61,978 nucleotides of DNA, taken from a virus (Duplodnaviria > Caudoviricetes). Positions within the stretch are counted from its first letter, which is position 1. Every line of letters begins with the position of its first letter. Shown here in pieces: positions 49,697 to 58,896 of the stretch. The translations under genes were made by a program, and so were the position numbers. The notes beneath the pieces were generated by a model. The model searched no databases, was not told the DNA's origin, and worked only from the letters and a program-made list of their open reading frames with translations. The DNA is taken from the IMG/VR virus record IMGVR_UViG_3300033153_003306, positions 1 to 61,978 of that record. One strand, given 5' to 3'.

Positions 49697-50118
49697 CTCA
49701 TGTAGGCAAATTTTTCTTTTATATCATATCGTTGATTATCTAATAGATTTTGTATTTTCTTAATAAATTCTATTATTAATTCGACAGCTTCTAAAATATT
49801 TTTATAGGATATAAGTATTTCGTCATTATCTAATTTGGTGTTAATTTCTTTTTCAGCCATATTATATATATTGCTTTCTCTGTGTATAAAGTATCTTATA
49901 CTACGAATTCTTTTAAATTCAGAAGTTAATGCTTTTAATCGTTTATTCCATTTATTGTAATGTTTTGCCCAATTATAAATTTTATTGACATTGTTAAAAT
50001 TCTTCTCCATGTCTTTATCTATTACTAAATCTACAACTGCTTCTTGTTCTAATAGTTCTAATTCTTTATATGCGTTTTCTATACTTTCGCTTGGTATAGG
50101 TTGAAAATCTTTACTCAT
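49672..50118 (-). CDS. uvsY: Recombination mediator UvsY-like
   Basis: Helical ~148 aa; KW.K, R.....IK....YMRWVNG C-terminus; near uvsW. Confidence 0.6.
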   Translation of the reverse strand: MSKDFQPIPSESIENAYKELELLEQEAVVDLVIDKDMEKNFNNVNKIYNWAKHYNKWNKRLKALTSEFKRIRSIRYFIHRESNIYNMAEKEINTKLDNDEILISYKNILEAVELIIEFIKKIQNLLDNQRYDIKEKFAYMRWVNGEDF

Positions 50119-50338
50119 CTGTACCCCAAAATCTTTCTCTTAATCCTTTGTATTTGCCCATATAATAAGCAAATTCTAATAATGTATAATGTCTGTGTGG
50201 GTTTGGGTGACAAAATGCTCTACCCATATTCACACTCCACCCCTTGTCATATATCTCAGCATGTTTATTTTCACCATTTATAGTAGCTTTTGGTAATTTT
50301 TTATATTCTTCATATGCTTCTATAATTTTATTATCCAT
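50111..50338 (-). CDS. Hypothetical early protein
   Basis: Follows an early promoter. Confidence 0.5.
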   Translation of the reverse strand: MDNKIIEAYEEYKKLPKATINGENKHAEIYDKGWSVNMGRAFCHPNPHRHYTLLEFAYYMGKYKGLRERFWGTDE

Positions 50339-50364
50339 TTTAACCTTTTTGGTTGATTACATAT

Positions 50365-50400
50365 AATATAAACAAAAAAAGAGCTCTTGTCAAGCTCTTT
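50365..50400 (-). promoter_or_regulatory. Early promoter with -35 box in a hairpin loop
   Basis: AAAGAGC-ttgacaaga-GCTCTTT; TATATT at 17-bp spacing. Confidence 0.75.
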
Positions 50401-50407
50401 CTTCACT

Positions 50408-51592
50408 TTATCCTTTAATTACCGCAATAGGTCTCAATCTTGTAACAATTTCTATAAGGTCTTTTTGGTTTTCCATTACAACATCAATGTCTTTGTAAGC
50501 ACCTGGTGCTTCATCTAAGTCACCTAAATTTCTTATAGAATGTATAATACCTTGGTCATCAAGTCTTTTTTGTTCTGTTGCTAAATCTAATTCTTTCTTA
50601 GCTTTTGACCTTGAAAGAACTCTACCCGCACCATGTGAACATGAAGTAAATGATTCTTCGTTACCAAGACCTTTCACTATATACGATGCTGTACCTTGTG
50701 AACCTGGTATAATTCCTAATTCGCCTTTTCTTGCCGATGTAGCACCTTTTCTATGAACATATACATTAGAACCAAAGTGATTTTCTAAATTTGCATAGTT
50801 ATGTGCTATGTTTATCATACCATCAAGGTCTATTTTCTTATGTCTTATAGTGTCATTGAAAGCAAATGCTATTCTTTCCATCATAAGCTTTCTATTTGCA
50901 AACGCAAAATCAACAGCATAATTCATTTCTTCTAAATAACTTTTACCATCTTCTGTATCTAATGGTAAGAATGCTAATTTATGTGCTGTTGGTACACCAG
51001 CATGCCATTTCTTGTTATGGTATTCTGCTCTTTTATTGTAATAATCAGCAATTTGTTTACCAAGATTTCTCGAACCTGAATGTATCATTATCCATACATT
51101 ATCTTCATCATCTTTTTGTATTTCTATGAAGTGGTTTCCACCGCCTAATGTACCTAACGATTGTAATGCGTTGAAATAATGCTTGTTAACCATAGGCATT
51201 TCGTTTTTAAAGTTTCTATACTTTATAATATCAGGCATTAAAGATTTATCTTGTGCTACTTTATGTTTAGCGAAACCAACAGGTACTTCTGCTCTTATCA
51301 TACCCATTATTTTATGTATATATGGTTCGATTTCTTTAATGTTCCAAGGTGTTTTAACTGCACACATACCACATCCTATATCAACACCAACAGCATTAGG
51401 TATAATAACTCCTTTTGTTGCGAATACTGAACCTATAGATACCCCCATGCCTTGATGGGCATCAGGCATTAAAGCAACATGTCTAAATGTAAATGGTAAG
51501 TTGGCAACATTTTTAGCTTGTTCTAAAGCACCTTCTTCTATATCTTTCAACCACATTTTTATTGGTATTCTTGTTTCTGATAATACTTTCAT
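50408..51592 (-). CDS. rtcB: RNA-splicing/repair ligase RtcB
   Basis: MPDAH.G, VGVDIGCG, GTLGGGNHF, HSGSR, HRKGAT, HGAGR, DEAP.AYK. Confidence 0.95.
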   Translation of the reverse strand: MKVLSETRIPIKMWLKDIEEGALEQAKNVANLPFTFRHVALMPDAHQGMGVSIGSVFATKGVIIPNAVGVDIGCGMCAVKTPWNIKEIEPYIHKIMGMIRAEVPVGFAKHKVAQDKSLMPDIIKYRNFKNEMPMVNKHYFNALQSLGTLGGGNHFIEIQKDDEDNVWIMIHSGSRNLGKQIADYYNKRAEYHNKKWHAGVPTAHKLAFLPLDTEDGKSYLEEMNYAVDFAFANRKLMMERIAFAFNDTIRHKKIDLDGMINIAHNYANLENHFGSNVYVHRKGATSARKGELGIIPGSQGTASYIVKGLGNEESFTSCSHGAGRVLSRSKAKKELDLATEQKRLDDQGIIHSIRNLGDLDEAPGAYKDIDVVMENQKDLIEIVTRLRPIAVIKG

Positions 51593-51620
51593 TTATTCCT
51601 CCTTTTGTTAAACACACAGT

Positions 51621-51658
51621 AATATAATAAAAAAACCCCTCAATGTCAAGGGGTTTTT
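51621..51658 (-). promoter_or_regulatory. Early promoter with -35 box in a hairpin loop, upstream of rtcB
   Basis: AAAAACCCCT-tgacattg-AGGGGTTTTT; TATATT at 17-bp spacing. Confidence 0.78.
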
Positions 51659-51666
51659 AATTTTCT

Positions 51667-51990
51667 TTAAGAATTTATTTCTTCTGCCTTTGGTTTAGTA
51701 GCTTTCCATAGGTAATCCCCCTTATCATTACTCATATGTACGAAATAATCTAACTTATCATCTCCATTATATCTATCAACATGGTCAAGAACATATGCTA
51801 ACAACCCTTCTTTAGAATCTCCGTCTTTACAATCAAATTCCCTAAAAAGTTGCTCTACATTATTATAACCAAAAAATAACGAACACATTTTTAGTTTAGC
51901 ATCTACTTCATCTTTACATTCAAACTTATAAGTTTTTTCACGTTTTTCATCACGTCTTTCATACGGGTCATACAATACTTCAAACTTCAT
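51667..51990 (-). CDS. Hypothetical protein
   Basis: GGAG RBS. Confidence 0.5.
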   Translation of the reverse strand: MKFEVLYDPYERRDEKREKTYKFECKDEVDAKLKMCSLFFGYNNVEQLFREFDCKDGDSKEGLLAYVLDHVDRYNGDDKLDYFVHMSNDKGDYLWKATKPKAEEINS

Positions 51991-52000
51991 AAGAAACTCC

Positions 52001-53470
52001 TTATATATTTACATCACTTTTTTCTACTGGAAAGTTTTCACCTTCGTATAGCTTCATTCTTTCTTTATAATGTTCTAACAAATAATTTTCATAATGACTT
52101 GATGGATATGAAAGATTATCTACTAAATCATATACATATAATATATCTTTATTTTTATGTAACCTTAATCCCCTACCTATACTCTGTGCGGTTCTAATAA
52201 AACTCTTTGTACTACTAGCAAATATAATGTTGTGTATGTTTGGTGCATTTATACCAACACTAAAAGTACCATAACTAGCTAATATGATAACATTGTCGTT
52301 TTCTTCGATTATTTTTCTTGCTCGTTCCCTTTCTTCTTTAGGAACACCACCATCAATATAAACTATTTTCCTATCAGGAAATCTTTGTTTAAATAATTCT
52401 TCTAACACTTTACCATGTTTTTCAATATATTGAAACAACACCAATGTATTCTTTTCGCATTTTTCTTTTACTAACTTTATAATATAATTATTTCGTATAT
52501 CACTACCACATATAAAATCTACTTCTGCATGATAATCTTTGTGAAAATTAACACTTGCCATTTGTCTTAAATGTTCAGGGTAGTTTAAATATTGAATATT
52601 AACTTGAATTGGTGATAGAATATCTTGTTCCCTTAATTCTACATAAGTTCTGTAAAGTTTAGGAACACCTAACTGCCCAACAACTGTGAAATAATCAGCA
52701 GTTGTATCTTTTACAATAGTTCCTGTTGTACCAATTCTGTATTCAGCTTTTTTAAGTTTTCCTAAAATAGTTGAAATTGATTTACCATCTGCTTCATGGG
52801 CTTCATCACAAATAACACAATCAAACACATCTATATCTTTTTGTTTCATTTTGTAAATACTTTGCCATGTAGATATAATTAGTTGTTCGGGGAATTCCTT
52901 TTTAACACCAGCATAAACCCGTCTTACATTATCTCGCATATCTTCTAAACCATATTCTTCAAGGTCTGAATACATCTGTTCGATTAGTCCTAATTTTGAA
53001 ACCAACAGTAAAACTTTTTTATTTATTTTTTTCATAAATTGTACTAATAGATATATAATGAAAGATTTACCTGTACCAGTTTTACTGATAATAACAGTAT
53101 TTCTTTTTGCTAATGCATCAAAAAAACCTTCTACTTGAAAATCACGTGGTTCGAATGGTTTTGGTAACTCTTCGATAAATTCTAATAACTTATCTTCGTC
53201 AAGTTCTCGTTCTAATTCAAAATTCATTTTAACTGTATATTTACCATCCCTTGCATATTCCAATATTCTTGGAACAAAACCTATAGGGCATAGTCCTCTT
53301 TTGTAAAACGAAATTTTACCATCCCAAATACCATTTCTGTATTTTGGTGAGAACCAATATTTATCTTTGTAAAAACTTAGATAGTTATGTAAATCATCAT
53401 AAAGTAAGGTGTCTGTACACCTGAGTCTAACTTCTGCGTGATTTACTTTTTCAATTGTAATATCATACAT
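52001..53470 (-). CDS. uvsW: SF2 DNA helicase UvsW
   Basis: WDGKI, TGTGKS, STWQS, DEAH, QSIGRGLR. Confidence 0.93.
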   Translation of the reverse strand: MYDITIEKVNHAEVRLRCTDTLLYDDLHNYLSFYKDKYWFSPKYRNGIWDGKISFYKRGLCPIGFVPRILEYARDGKYTVKMNFELERELDEDKLLEFIEELPKPFEPRDFQVEGFFDALAKRNTVIISKTGTGKSFIIYLLVQFMKKINKKVLLLVSKLGLIEQMYSDLEEYGLEDMRDNVRRVYAGVKKEFPEQLIISTWQSIYKMKQKDIDVFDCVICDEAHEADGKSISTILGKLKKAEYRIGTTGTIVKDTTADYFTVVGQLGVPKLYRTYVELREQDILSPIQVNIQYLNYPEHLRQMASVNFHKDYHAEVDFICGSDIRNNYIIKLVKEKCEKNTLVLFQYIEKHGKVLEELFKQRFPDRKIVYIDGGVPKEERERARKIIEENDNVIILASYGTFSVGINAPNIHNIIFASSTKSFIRTAQSIGRGLRLHKNKDILYVYDLVDNLSYPSSHYENYLLEHYKERMKLYEGENFPVEKSDVNI

Positions 53471-53493
53471 TGTTTTATTATTTCCTAAATTGT

Positions 53494-54030
53494 TTAGCGA
53501 TTATCTACAACTGGTATATTTTGTGCAAATCCTTTAATTGTTGTAATATCTTGTTGTGTTAACGGCTTACTCTGTGGGTTATTGATTAGTTCTATTTTTT
53601 CGATATAATCAATTGGTATGCCTTTTTGGGTAATTACCCGTTCCTCTGCTTGATTCATTGGTATTTCTTTATTAGTAAGTTTCTTATTACCCCAACCTCT
53701 ATAATTAACACCTTGTACATTGTACCTCATGTTAAACCAATGAAGTGGTATAATTTTAAACCGATTTTTTAATTTTCGTTTATCTAATACAATGCGAACA
53801 TTTGTACCAGTCCAATGTAAATTTTTATCCCTTGTGGTCGAAATACCTTCTGATGGATAACCATGTTGTTTAAATATTCTTGAACCTGAAACCTTTGGGT
53901 CAGTATTACCTTTGATTTTTTTATCTATAAGAATACTTTTTAGTTTATCCATTGTTGTGAAATGATATAAATTATAGTTAAAATCTTCTTCAAGAATACT
54001 TTCGTATAATTTAAATAAAACACCTTTCAT
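53494..54030 (-). CDS. Possible ADP-ribosyltransferase-fold protein with LYESILEE leader
   Basis: LYHFT...ISTTR...AEERVI resembles the H/S-x-T/E layout of ART folds. Confidence 0.4.
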   Translation of the reverse strand: MKGVLFKLYESILEEDFNYNLYHFTTMDKLKSILIDKKIKGNTDPKVSGSRIFKQHGYPSEGISTTRDKNLHWTGTNVRIVLDKRKLKNRFKIIPLHWFNMRYNVQGVNYRGWGNKKLTNKEIPMNQAEERVITQKGIPIDYIEKIELINNPQSKPLTQQDITTIKGFAQNIPVVDNR

Positions 54031-54242
54031 TATTCCTTAATCCTCATAAGGATTTCTCTACCTTTTTTAATGCTACTAAGAATATCCTCATCTTTAACTT
54101 GTTGCCAATATTGAGCATATCCGCTATCACCAAATAAAGGTTCGGTGACTTTGTCCCATGCGACCATTGCCACCGAATTAGTTTTTGCCCAAATAGCAGA
54201 TTCTATTTGACCAACATCTTTAATTAACTTATGTCTATCCAT
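54030..54242 (-). CDS. Hypothetical protein
   Basis: ORF track. Confidence 0.45.
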   Translation of the reverse strand: MDRHKLIKDVGQIESAIWAKTNSVAMVAWDKVTEPLFGDSGYAQYWQQVKDEDILSSIKKGREILMRIKE

Positions 54243-55078
54243 TATTCACCGTACTTATCTTTACCAAATCTAACTATACCACCTTGTGTATCACCTATTA
54301 CTAAAACACCTTTTGTAAGTCTTGCTTTTTTAATAGTTCTACCTGGAAGTCTTTCTCTTAGTTTATCAAGATTAACATCTGGCATACCTTTTACTGTAAA
54401 CGATACGTCATCACATGTAATAGTACAAGTACCATCACCGCAAGAAAACCTAGTAACTTCTTTACCAATTAAATCTTTAGGGTTTTTAGTAGATGTTTCG
54501 TTAATTCTACCATTTCTTCTTGATGTTCTTTCTTGTTTATCAGATTCTAACAAACTTTCAATTTCATCAATCTTTCTATCGATTTTTCTTGTGTCGATAT
54601 TTTCAGAAATTGGACTTTTAGTTCGTGGGTTTCTTCTGCTTCTCTGTTTTTTAGTCCAACTTTCAGCCATTGGATTTCTTTCATCAGCATCACCATCATT
54701 AATTCCCATCCATCTTTTAAGTCTGTCACCAGCCTTAAATTCGTCAAGGTCACCTTCTTCTTTCAACTTCTTAGGTTTTTGTGTTGAATTATCACCTTTA
54801 CCAGGTGTTGATGGTTTTTCATTGGTTGCAAGTTTAAGGTCTTTTGGTGTAACATCCTTAGCTTTCATTTCTTCCCATAGTTCTTCACATTCTTTAAAGA
54901 ATCTACCTCTTTGTGGTAAATCCATTTCAGAAATAGATTTGATATGGTTCTTTCTCATTTGTTCTTGTACAAAAGCTTGATATTCAAAAATTTCTTTATC
55001 CTTATTATTTGCATATTCTTGTATTTGGATTCCATCAAGTTCATCTAAAACTTCTTGGTATTCATTTAATATACTCAT
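54242..55078 (-). CDS. Charged hypothetical protein rich in [ILV]xE sites (prohead core-like?)
   Basis: LNE, IQE, ISE, LKE, LDE, LLE, INE. Confidence 0.45.
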   Translation of the reverse strand: MSILNEYQEVLDELDGIQIQEYANNKDKEIFEYQAFVQEQMRKNHIKSISEMDLPQRGRFFKECEELWEEMKAKDVTPKDLKLATNEKPSTPGKGDNSTQKPKKLKEEGDLDEFKAGDRLKRWMGINDGDADERNPMAESWTKKQRSRRNPRTKSPISENIDTRKIDRKIDEIESLLESDKQERTSRRNGRINETSTKNPKDLIGKEVTRFSCGDGTCTITCDDVSFTVKGMPDVNLDKLRERLPGRTIKKARLTKGVLVIGDTQGGIVRFGKDKYGE

Positions 55079-55098
55079 TTTATTCTCCGAATTATTAT

Positions 55099-55135
55099 AA
55101 TATAATAACTTTTAGGGGCTTTGTCAACCCCTAAA
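55099..55135 (-). promoter_or_regulatory. Early promoter with -35 box in a hairpin loop
   Basis: TTTAGGGG-ttgacaaag-CCCCTAAA; TATATT at 17-bp spacing. Confidence 0.72.
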
Positions 55136-55139
55136 TTAA

Positions 55140-56627
55140 TTATTTTCTATTTTTAACTTTTTTTAATTGTTCTTGTAATTTTTTAATTTGTTGTTGTTGT
55201 AAGTTAATCTGTCTTTTATCACTTTCGTTTGTAAAAGAAGGATATACATCAGCACCAACACTTAAAGTACTACAACTGTTGTTACACCCAGGTACGCCAC
55301 AAGCACACGTTTCTGTAGTTGAAAGGTCACCTACAGAAGAACTGTCAACTCCTGAGTCGGAAGAAAGTTCTACTCTAATTGCTTCGGCTGGTAGAAAAGG
55401 GTCGTCTGCCTCTCCTACTAAATTTTTTCTAAGTTCATCTTTAGCTTTATCAATATCTCTTTCATCAGCACCAGATGTTAATTCTATGGCTGCAATTGCT
55501 GCTGCTTTTTCTTTTTCATCATTTTCTTTAATATCATTACAATATTCTTCTAATCTGATTAAATTCTTTGCAGTAGCGTCCCAGAAGTTTCTTCTAAGAA
55601 TAGCTTCTCTAACATCTTCCATAGCGATTTCAGGTTTTTTCTTACCCTTCTTCTTTCCACCGCCCATTTCCATACCAGCTAATGCATCAGCACCAAGTTC
55701 ATTTTTAAAGTTTTGTCCACCACCTTGTTCACCACCAGATTGGAAACCTTGTTCCCCTTGTAGTGACATAGCTTCTTCATCATCAAGTCCTTCAATACCT
55801 TGTGATTCTCCACCTTGTGGGTCAAATCCTTGTTCATCGCCAAAACCTTGTTCTTCACCATCATCACTTTCTTCGCCATCATCACCTTCATCATCAACAA
55901 TTTGTTGAAGTTTACTTTGTTGTTCTTCGGCATCTTTAAGTTCATCAGGTGTAATACTATCTGCGAAATCTTTTAGTTGGTTAATTTTTTGATTAAGAAG
56001 TTTTAGTTCTTGTACTAAATCTGTTTCTTCATCACTTTCTTCATCATCACCTTCTTCTTCACCATCAGCATCAATATCTACATCAAAACCGAAATCATCA
56101 TCATCATCTTTACCTTGGAATGGTGATTGGTTATCATTATAAATTTCGTCAGCTTCATAAATGTAATGACTTGCTAATGTATCCCAAGCATCTCTTCTTT
56201 TAATACATTCTAACAAATCAGGGTCGAAACCTTCATAAGCTTTGGTTTCTTTATATTTACCAAGTTTAGTAGGTGATGCATCTTTAGCTTTCATTTTCTT
56301 GTCAAGCATAACTTTACCAGGTTGACCACCTGAATGTTTACCAACAGCTTTGTTAGTAACATCTTCGGCACTTGTCTTCTTGTCCATCATTACTTTACCA
56401 GGTTTCCCCTTCATACCATCTTTAGATTGAAGAACAGTTCCGTTCTTTTTCATTCTTGCAATTTTTGATTGAAGTCTTATTTGGTTTCTTTGAAGATTTT
56501 TCAATCTATCTGAAACGCTAGAATTTTCATCAAGTTTATTACCAGAACCTTTATCTAACCCATCTCTTTTTTCTTTAAGAGATTTAAGCTGTTGAGTTAG
56601 CTTTTGTTTTTCTTGTAAGGTTAACAT
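55140..56627 (-). CDS. Low-complexity acidic/coiled-coil protein (prohead core/scaffold-like?)
   Basis: Acidic tracts; internal repeats GKPGKVMMDKK/GQPGKVMLDKK and RRDAWD/RRNFWD. Confidence 0.5.
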   Translation of the reverse strand: MLTLQEKQKLTQQLKSLKEKRDGLDKGSGNKLDENSSVSDRLKNLQRNQIRLQSKIARMKKNGTVLQSKDGMKGKPGKVMMDKKTSAEDVTNKAVGKHSGGQPGKVMLDKKMKAKDASPTKLGKYKETKAYEGFDPDLLECIKRRDAWDTLASHYIYEADEIYNDNQSPFQGKDDDDDFGFDVDIDADGEEEGDDEESDEETDLVQELKLLNQKINQLKDFADSITPDELKDAEEQQSKLQQIVDDEGDDGEESDDGEEQGFGDEQGFDPQGGESQGIEGLDDEEAMSLQGEQGFQSGGEQGGGQNFKNELGADALAGMEMGGGKKKGKKKPEIAMEDVREAILRRNFWDATAKNLIRLEEYCNDIKENDEKEKAAAIAAIELTSGADERDIDKAKDELRKNLVGEADDPFLPAEAIRVELSSDSGVDSSSVGDLSTTETCACGVPGCNNSCSTLSVGADVYPSFTNESDKRQINLQQQQIKKLQEQLKKVKNRK

Positions 56628-56637
56628 AATTTATCCT

Positions 56638-57735
56638 TTATTTTAATTTATTAATTACTAATATATTATTATTTATAAAATTTAATTTCTTATATAGCTG
56701 TCCTAACATAATAAACTTATTATCTTCGAAAAATATTTTATCATATCCGCCTATATTGTCTATATTGTCTAATAAATCCTTCAAGTTGTTTAATACTTTA
56801 TAGCTATCTTTAGATTTATCCTTTATGATTGTGTCTATGTTATTTATAATTTTAGCATCAAAGTTGTCAAATATAAATTTTAAGCTTCTTGCAAATTCTT
56901 TAATGGCATCAATTAACAGACCTCCAAGGTTGTCTATACAATGTATTTTAACCCAATTATCAATTGCTTTTTTCTTAGTTTCTATAAAATCTACGAATTT
57001 ATGTGCTTCTTCTGACATTGGTAATTTTTTAATGTCTGAATATGTAATCGTGTTGGTAGTAAATCTTGTTATTAATTTGTTTATTACAGTGCTCGGTACA
57101 TCATCGTGACCTTTTAATAATGTAATATATTCTTTAATACTTGATATTTTAAAATCTGTTAGTGTGCTTGTTTGTTCTAAATGGTAATCCCTCATAATTG
57201 TATTAAGGGATGTAGTAAACGATTTAGGATTTGTTTTTTCTAATATTGGTACGTTATATATAATATGTATTTGGTCATTTATATCTTCTATTTTTCGCTT
57301 TAACTTGTTTTCAAATGTTTTATTTTCTACTTCTATTCTATTAAACTTTAATGGATTTTTGTAATAAAAACCCCCATATATTTTTTTAGATATAAAATGT
57401 AAATACACAAAAACATTACCTTCATCAAAGTAATTTTTGTTTTCTTTAAAAAAATCTTCCAATTCATTAAATACGAATGTTAATACTTCATCCCTATCAT
57501 CATCGGGTAAATATAAATCTTCAAATACAATATCATCATCCATCCATGATATACCCATTTTAATTTTATCAATAGATAAAGTGGGTACTTCCTCATAATC
57601 AAAAGGTTTCAATGAACAGAAATCTAAAAATTCCATAATATTTGAAAATGTTATATTACTATGTGTATCTAATATTGTAGTGGAAGAATTTTCTATTAAT
57701 TTTTCGTATTCTATATAACTCATTATATTACTCAT
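56638..57735 (-). CDS. Hypothetical late protein
   Basis: TATAAATA at 57762-57769. Confidence 0.55.
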   Translation of the reverse strand: MSNIMSYIEYEKLIENSSTTILDTHSNITFSNIMEFLDFCSLKPFDYEEVPTLSIDKIKMGISWMDDDIVFEDLYLPDDDRDEVLTFVFNELEDFFKENKNYFDEGNVFVYLHFISKKIYGGFYYKNPLKFNRIEVENKTFENKLKRKIEDINDQIHIIYNVPILEKTNPKSFTTSLNTIMRDYHLEQTSTLTDFKISSIKEYITLLKGHDDVPSTVINKLITRFTTNTITYSDIKKLPMSEEAHKFVDFIETKKKAIDNWVKIHCIDNLGGLLIDAIKEFARSLKFIFDNFDAKIINNIDTIIKDKSKDSYKVLNNLKDLLDNIDNIGGYDKIFFEDNKFIMLGQLYKKLNFINNNILVINKLK

Positions 57736-57747
57736 TTAAAAATAAAA

Positions 57748-57791
57748 GCCCCTTTTTAATCTATTTATAAGATTGGGATAAAAAAGGGGCT
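57748..57791 (-). terminator. Nested hairpin downstream of gp32 enclosing a TATAAATA late promoter
   Basis: AGCCCCTTTTT...AAAAAGGGGCT outer stem; AATCT-tataaat-AGATT inner stem. Confidence 0.5.
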
Positions 57792-57815
57792 ATAAAAAGC
57801 TAAACTAAAGACTCA

Positions 57816-58802
57816 TTATATACGAGTCTTAATAAATTCCATTTCAGCATCGTTTAAATCATCAGTTGATGGTGTTTCTTCAACCACAACACTATGTTCC
57901 TTTACAGGCACTGGTGCTGTTGTACCATTAAATGCTGGTGCATCTGGTGCTACTGGTGGTATATAAACACTTTCAGTTTTTGCATCATTATCTGATGATG
58001 CTGAATCTTGATGTGCATACGCAGGGTCGCCAGGTTTTAAAATATAACCAATTTTACTATAGATGAAATCACTTTCAAGATATTGTAACTCATTAGTATA
58101 CTCTTGTAAGTCATATGTTTCGCCTAAAATTCTATTGATTTCGTCTGGTGTTTCACCGACTGGCTTTTGTTCCTTGTAATAGAACGTAGATGCTCTATAA
58201 CTTGGGTAGATGCTATCGTCTGAAACTTCTACGATAAGTTTAAAATCCGCACCTGTTGTAGGATTAAAAGGATTTAGTTCCCTGAAATCAGGGTCAGACT
58301 TTGATGCTTCTGTTGGCTCAATACAGTTAAAAATTTTCTTATAGATAGAAATACCGTATTTGTATTTAAACACTTTTCCATTATTTTCAGGACTATCAGG
58401 GTCTCTTACTACTAATATGTTTGATACCCATTCTTGTTTAGGTAGCCAACCTTGTTTAGCGCGGTCTTGGTTAGCTTTGACTTTAGTACCCCAAAGTCCC
58501 CAACCATAATCACATATAGGACAAACACCTTTACCTTTTTCTAAGGTAGTTTTACAATTACCGAAAAGGTACTTCTTCTCTCCACCAGGAAAGTGTGTTA
58601 AACTATGTCCGTTGATTTCTACGAAGTTTAGTTTGGTTCTTACATCAGGTAAAAATCTGATAATGTAAGTTTTAGCTTTTTTCTTGTTAGGCGCCCAGAA
58701 TGTTGGGTCGTCTTTTCTTTTCTTGCTTACATCTTCTTTTGCTTTACTATCCCAATCGTAATTAGCATAATCGATGTTGTTCAGTTCGTTAGCACTATTC
58801 AT
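57816..58802 (-). CDS. Single-stranded DNA-binding protein, T4 gp32-like
   Basis: D..FW.P, IRFLP, CPIC, NILVVRDP..PENNGKVF.Y.YG..I, GADFKL; acidic tail. Confidence 0.93.
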   Translation of the reverse strand: MNSANELNNIDYANYDWDSKAKEDVSKKRKDDPTFWAPNKKKAKTYIIRFLPDVRTKLNFVEINGHSLTHFPGGEKKYLFGNCKTTLEKGKGVCPICDYGWGLWGTKVKANQDRAKQGWLPKQEWVSNILVVRDPDSPENNGKVFKYKYGISIYKKIFNCIEPTEASKSDPDFRELNPFNPTTGADFKLIVEVSDDSIYPSYRASTFYYKEQKPVGETPDEINRILGETYDLQEYTNELQYLESDFIYSKIGYILKPGDPAYAHQDSASSDNDAKTESVYIPPVAPDAPAFNGTTAPVPVKEHSVVVEETPSTDDLNDAEMEFIKTRI

Positions 58803-58896
58803 TTAGTACTCCTATGTTATATTTGCCATTCTGTGTTAGTCCTGACACCTTGAACTTACTGTTCTTTCAGAGCTAGAATGACACTTTTATTTATAA

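Larger units (their letters stand above)
6740..58895 (-). promoter_or_regulatory. Set of T4-type late promoters TATAAATA at about 6740, 10361, 15282, 25966, 26572, 27240, 31863, 48379, 57762 and 58888
   Basis: TATTTATA on the + strand in short intergenic gaps ~10-85 nt upstream of minus-strand starts; matches the T4 gp55 consensus. Confidence 0.7.

Noticed and set aside
259-55945. Short alternative-frame minus-strand ORFs (259..465, 709..924, 2832..3065, 9887..10090, 54547..54753, 55679..55945)
   Set aside because: Nested in longer genes; the Met/Lys-rich translations arise from off-frame reading of GAT/GAA-rich codons
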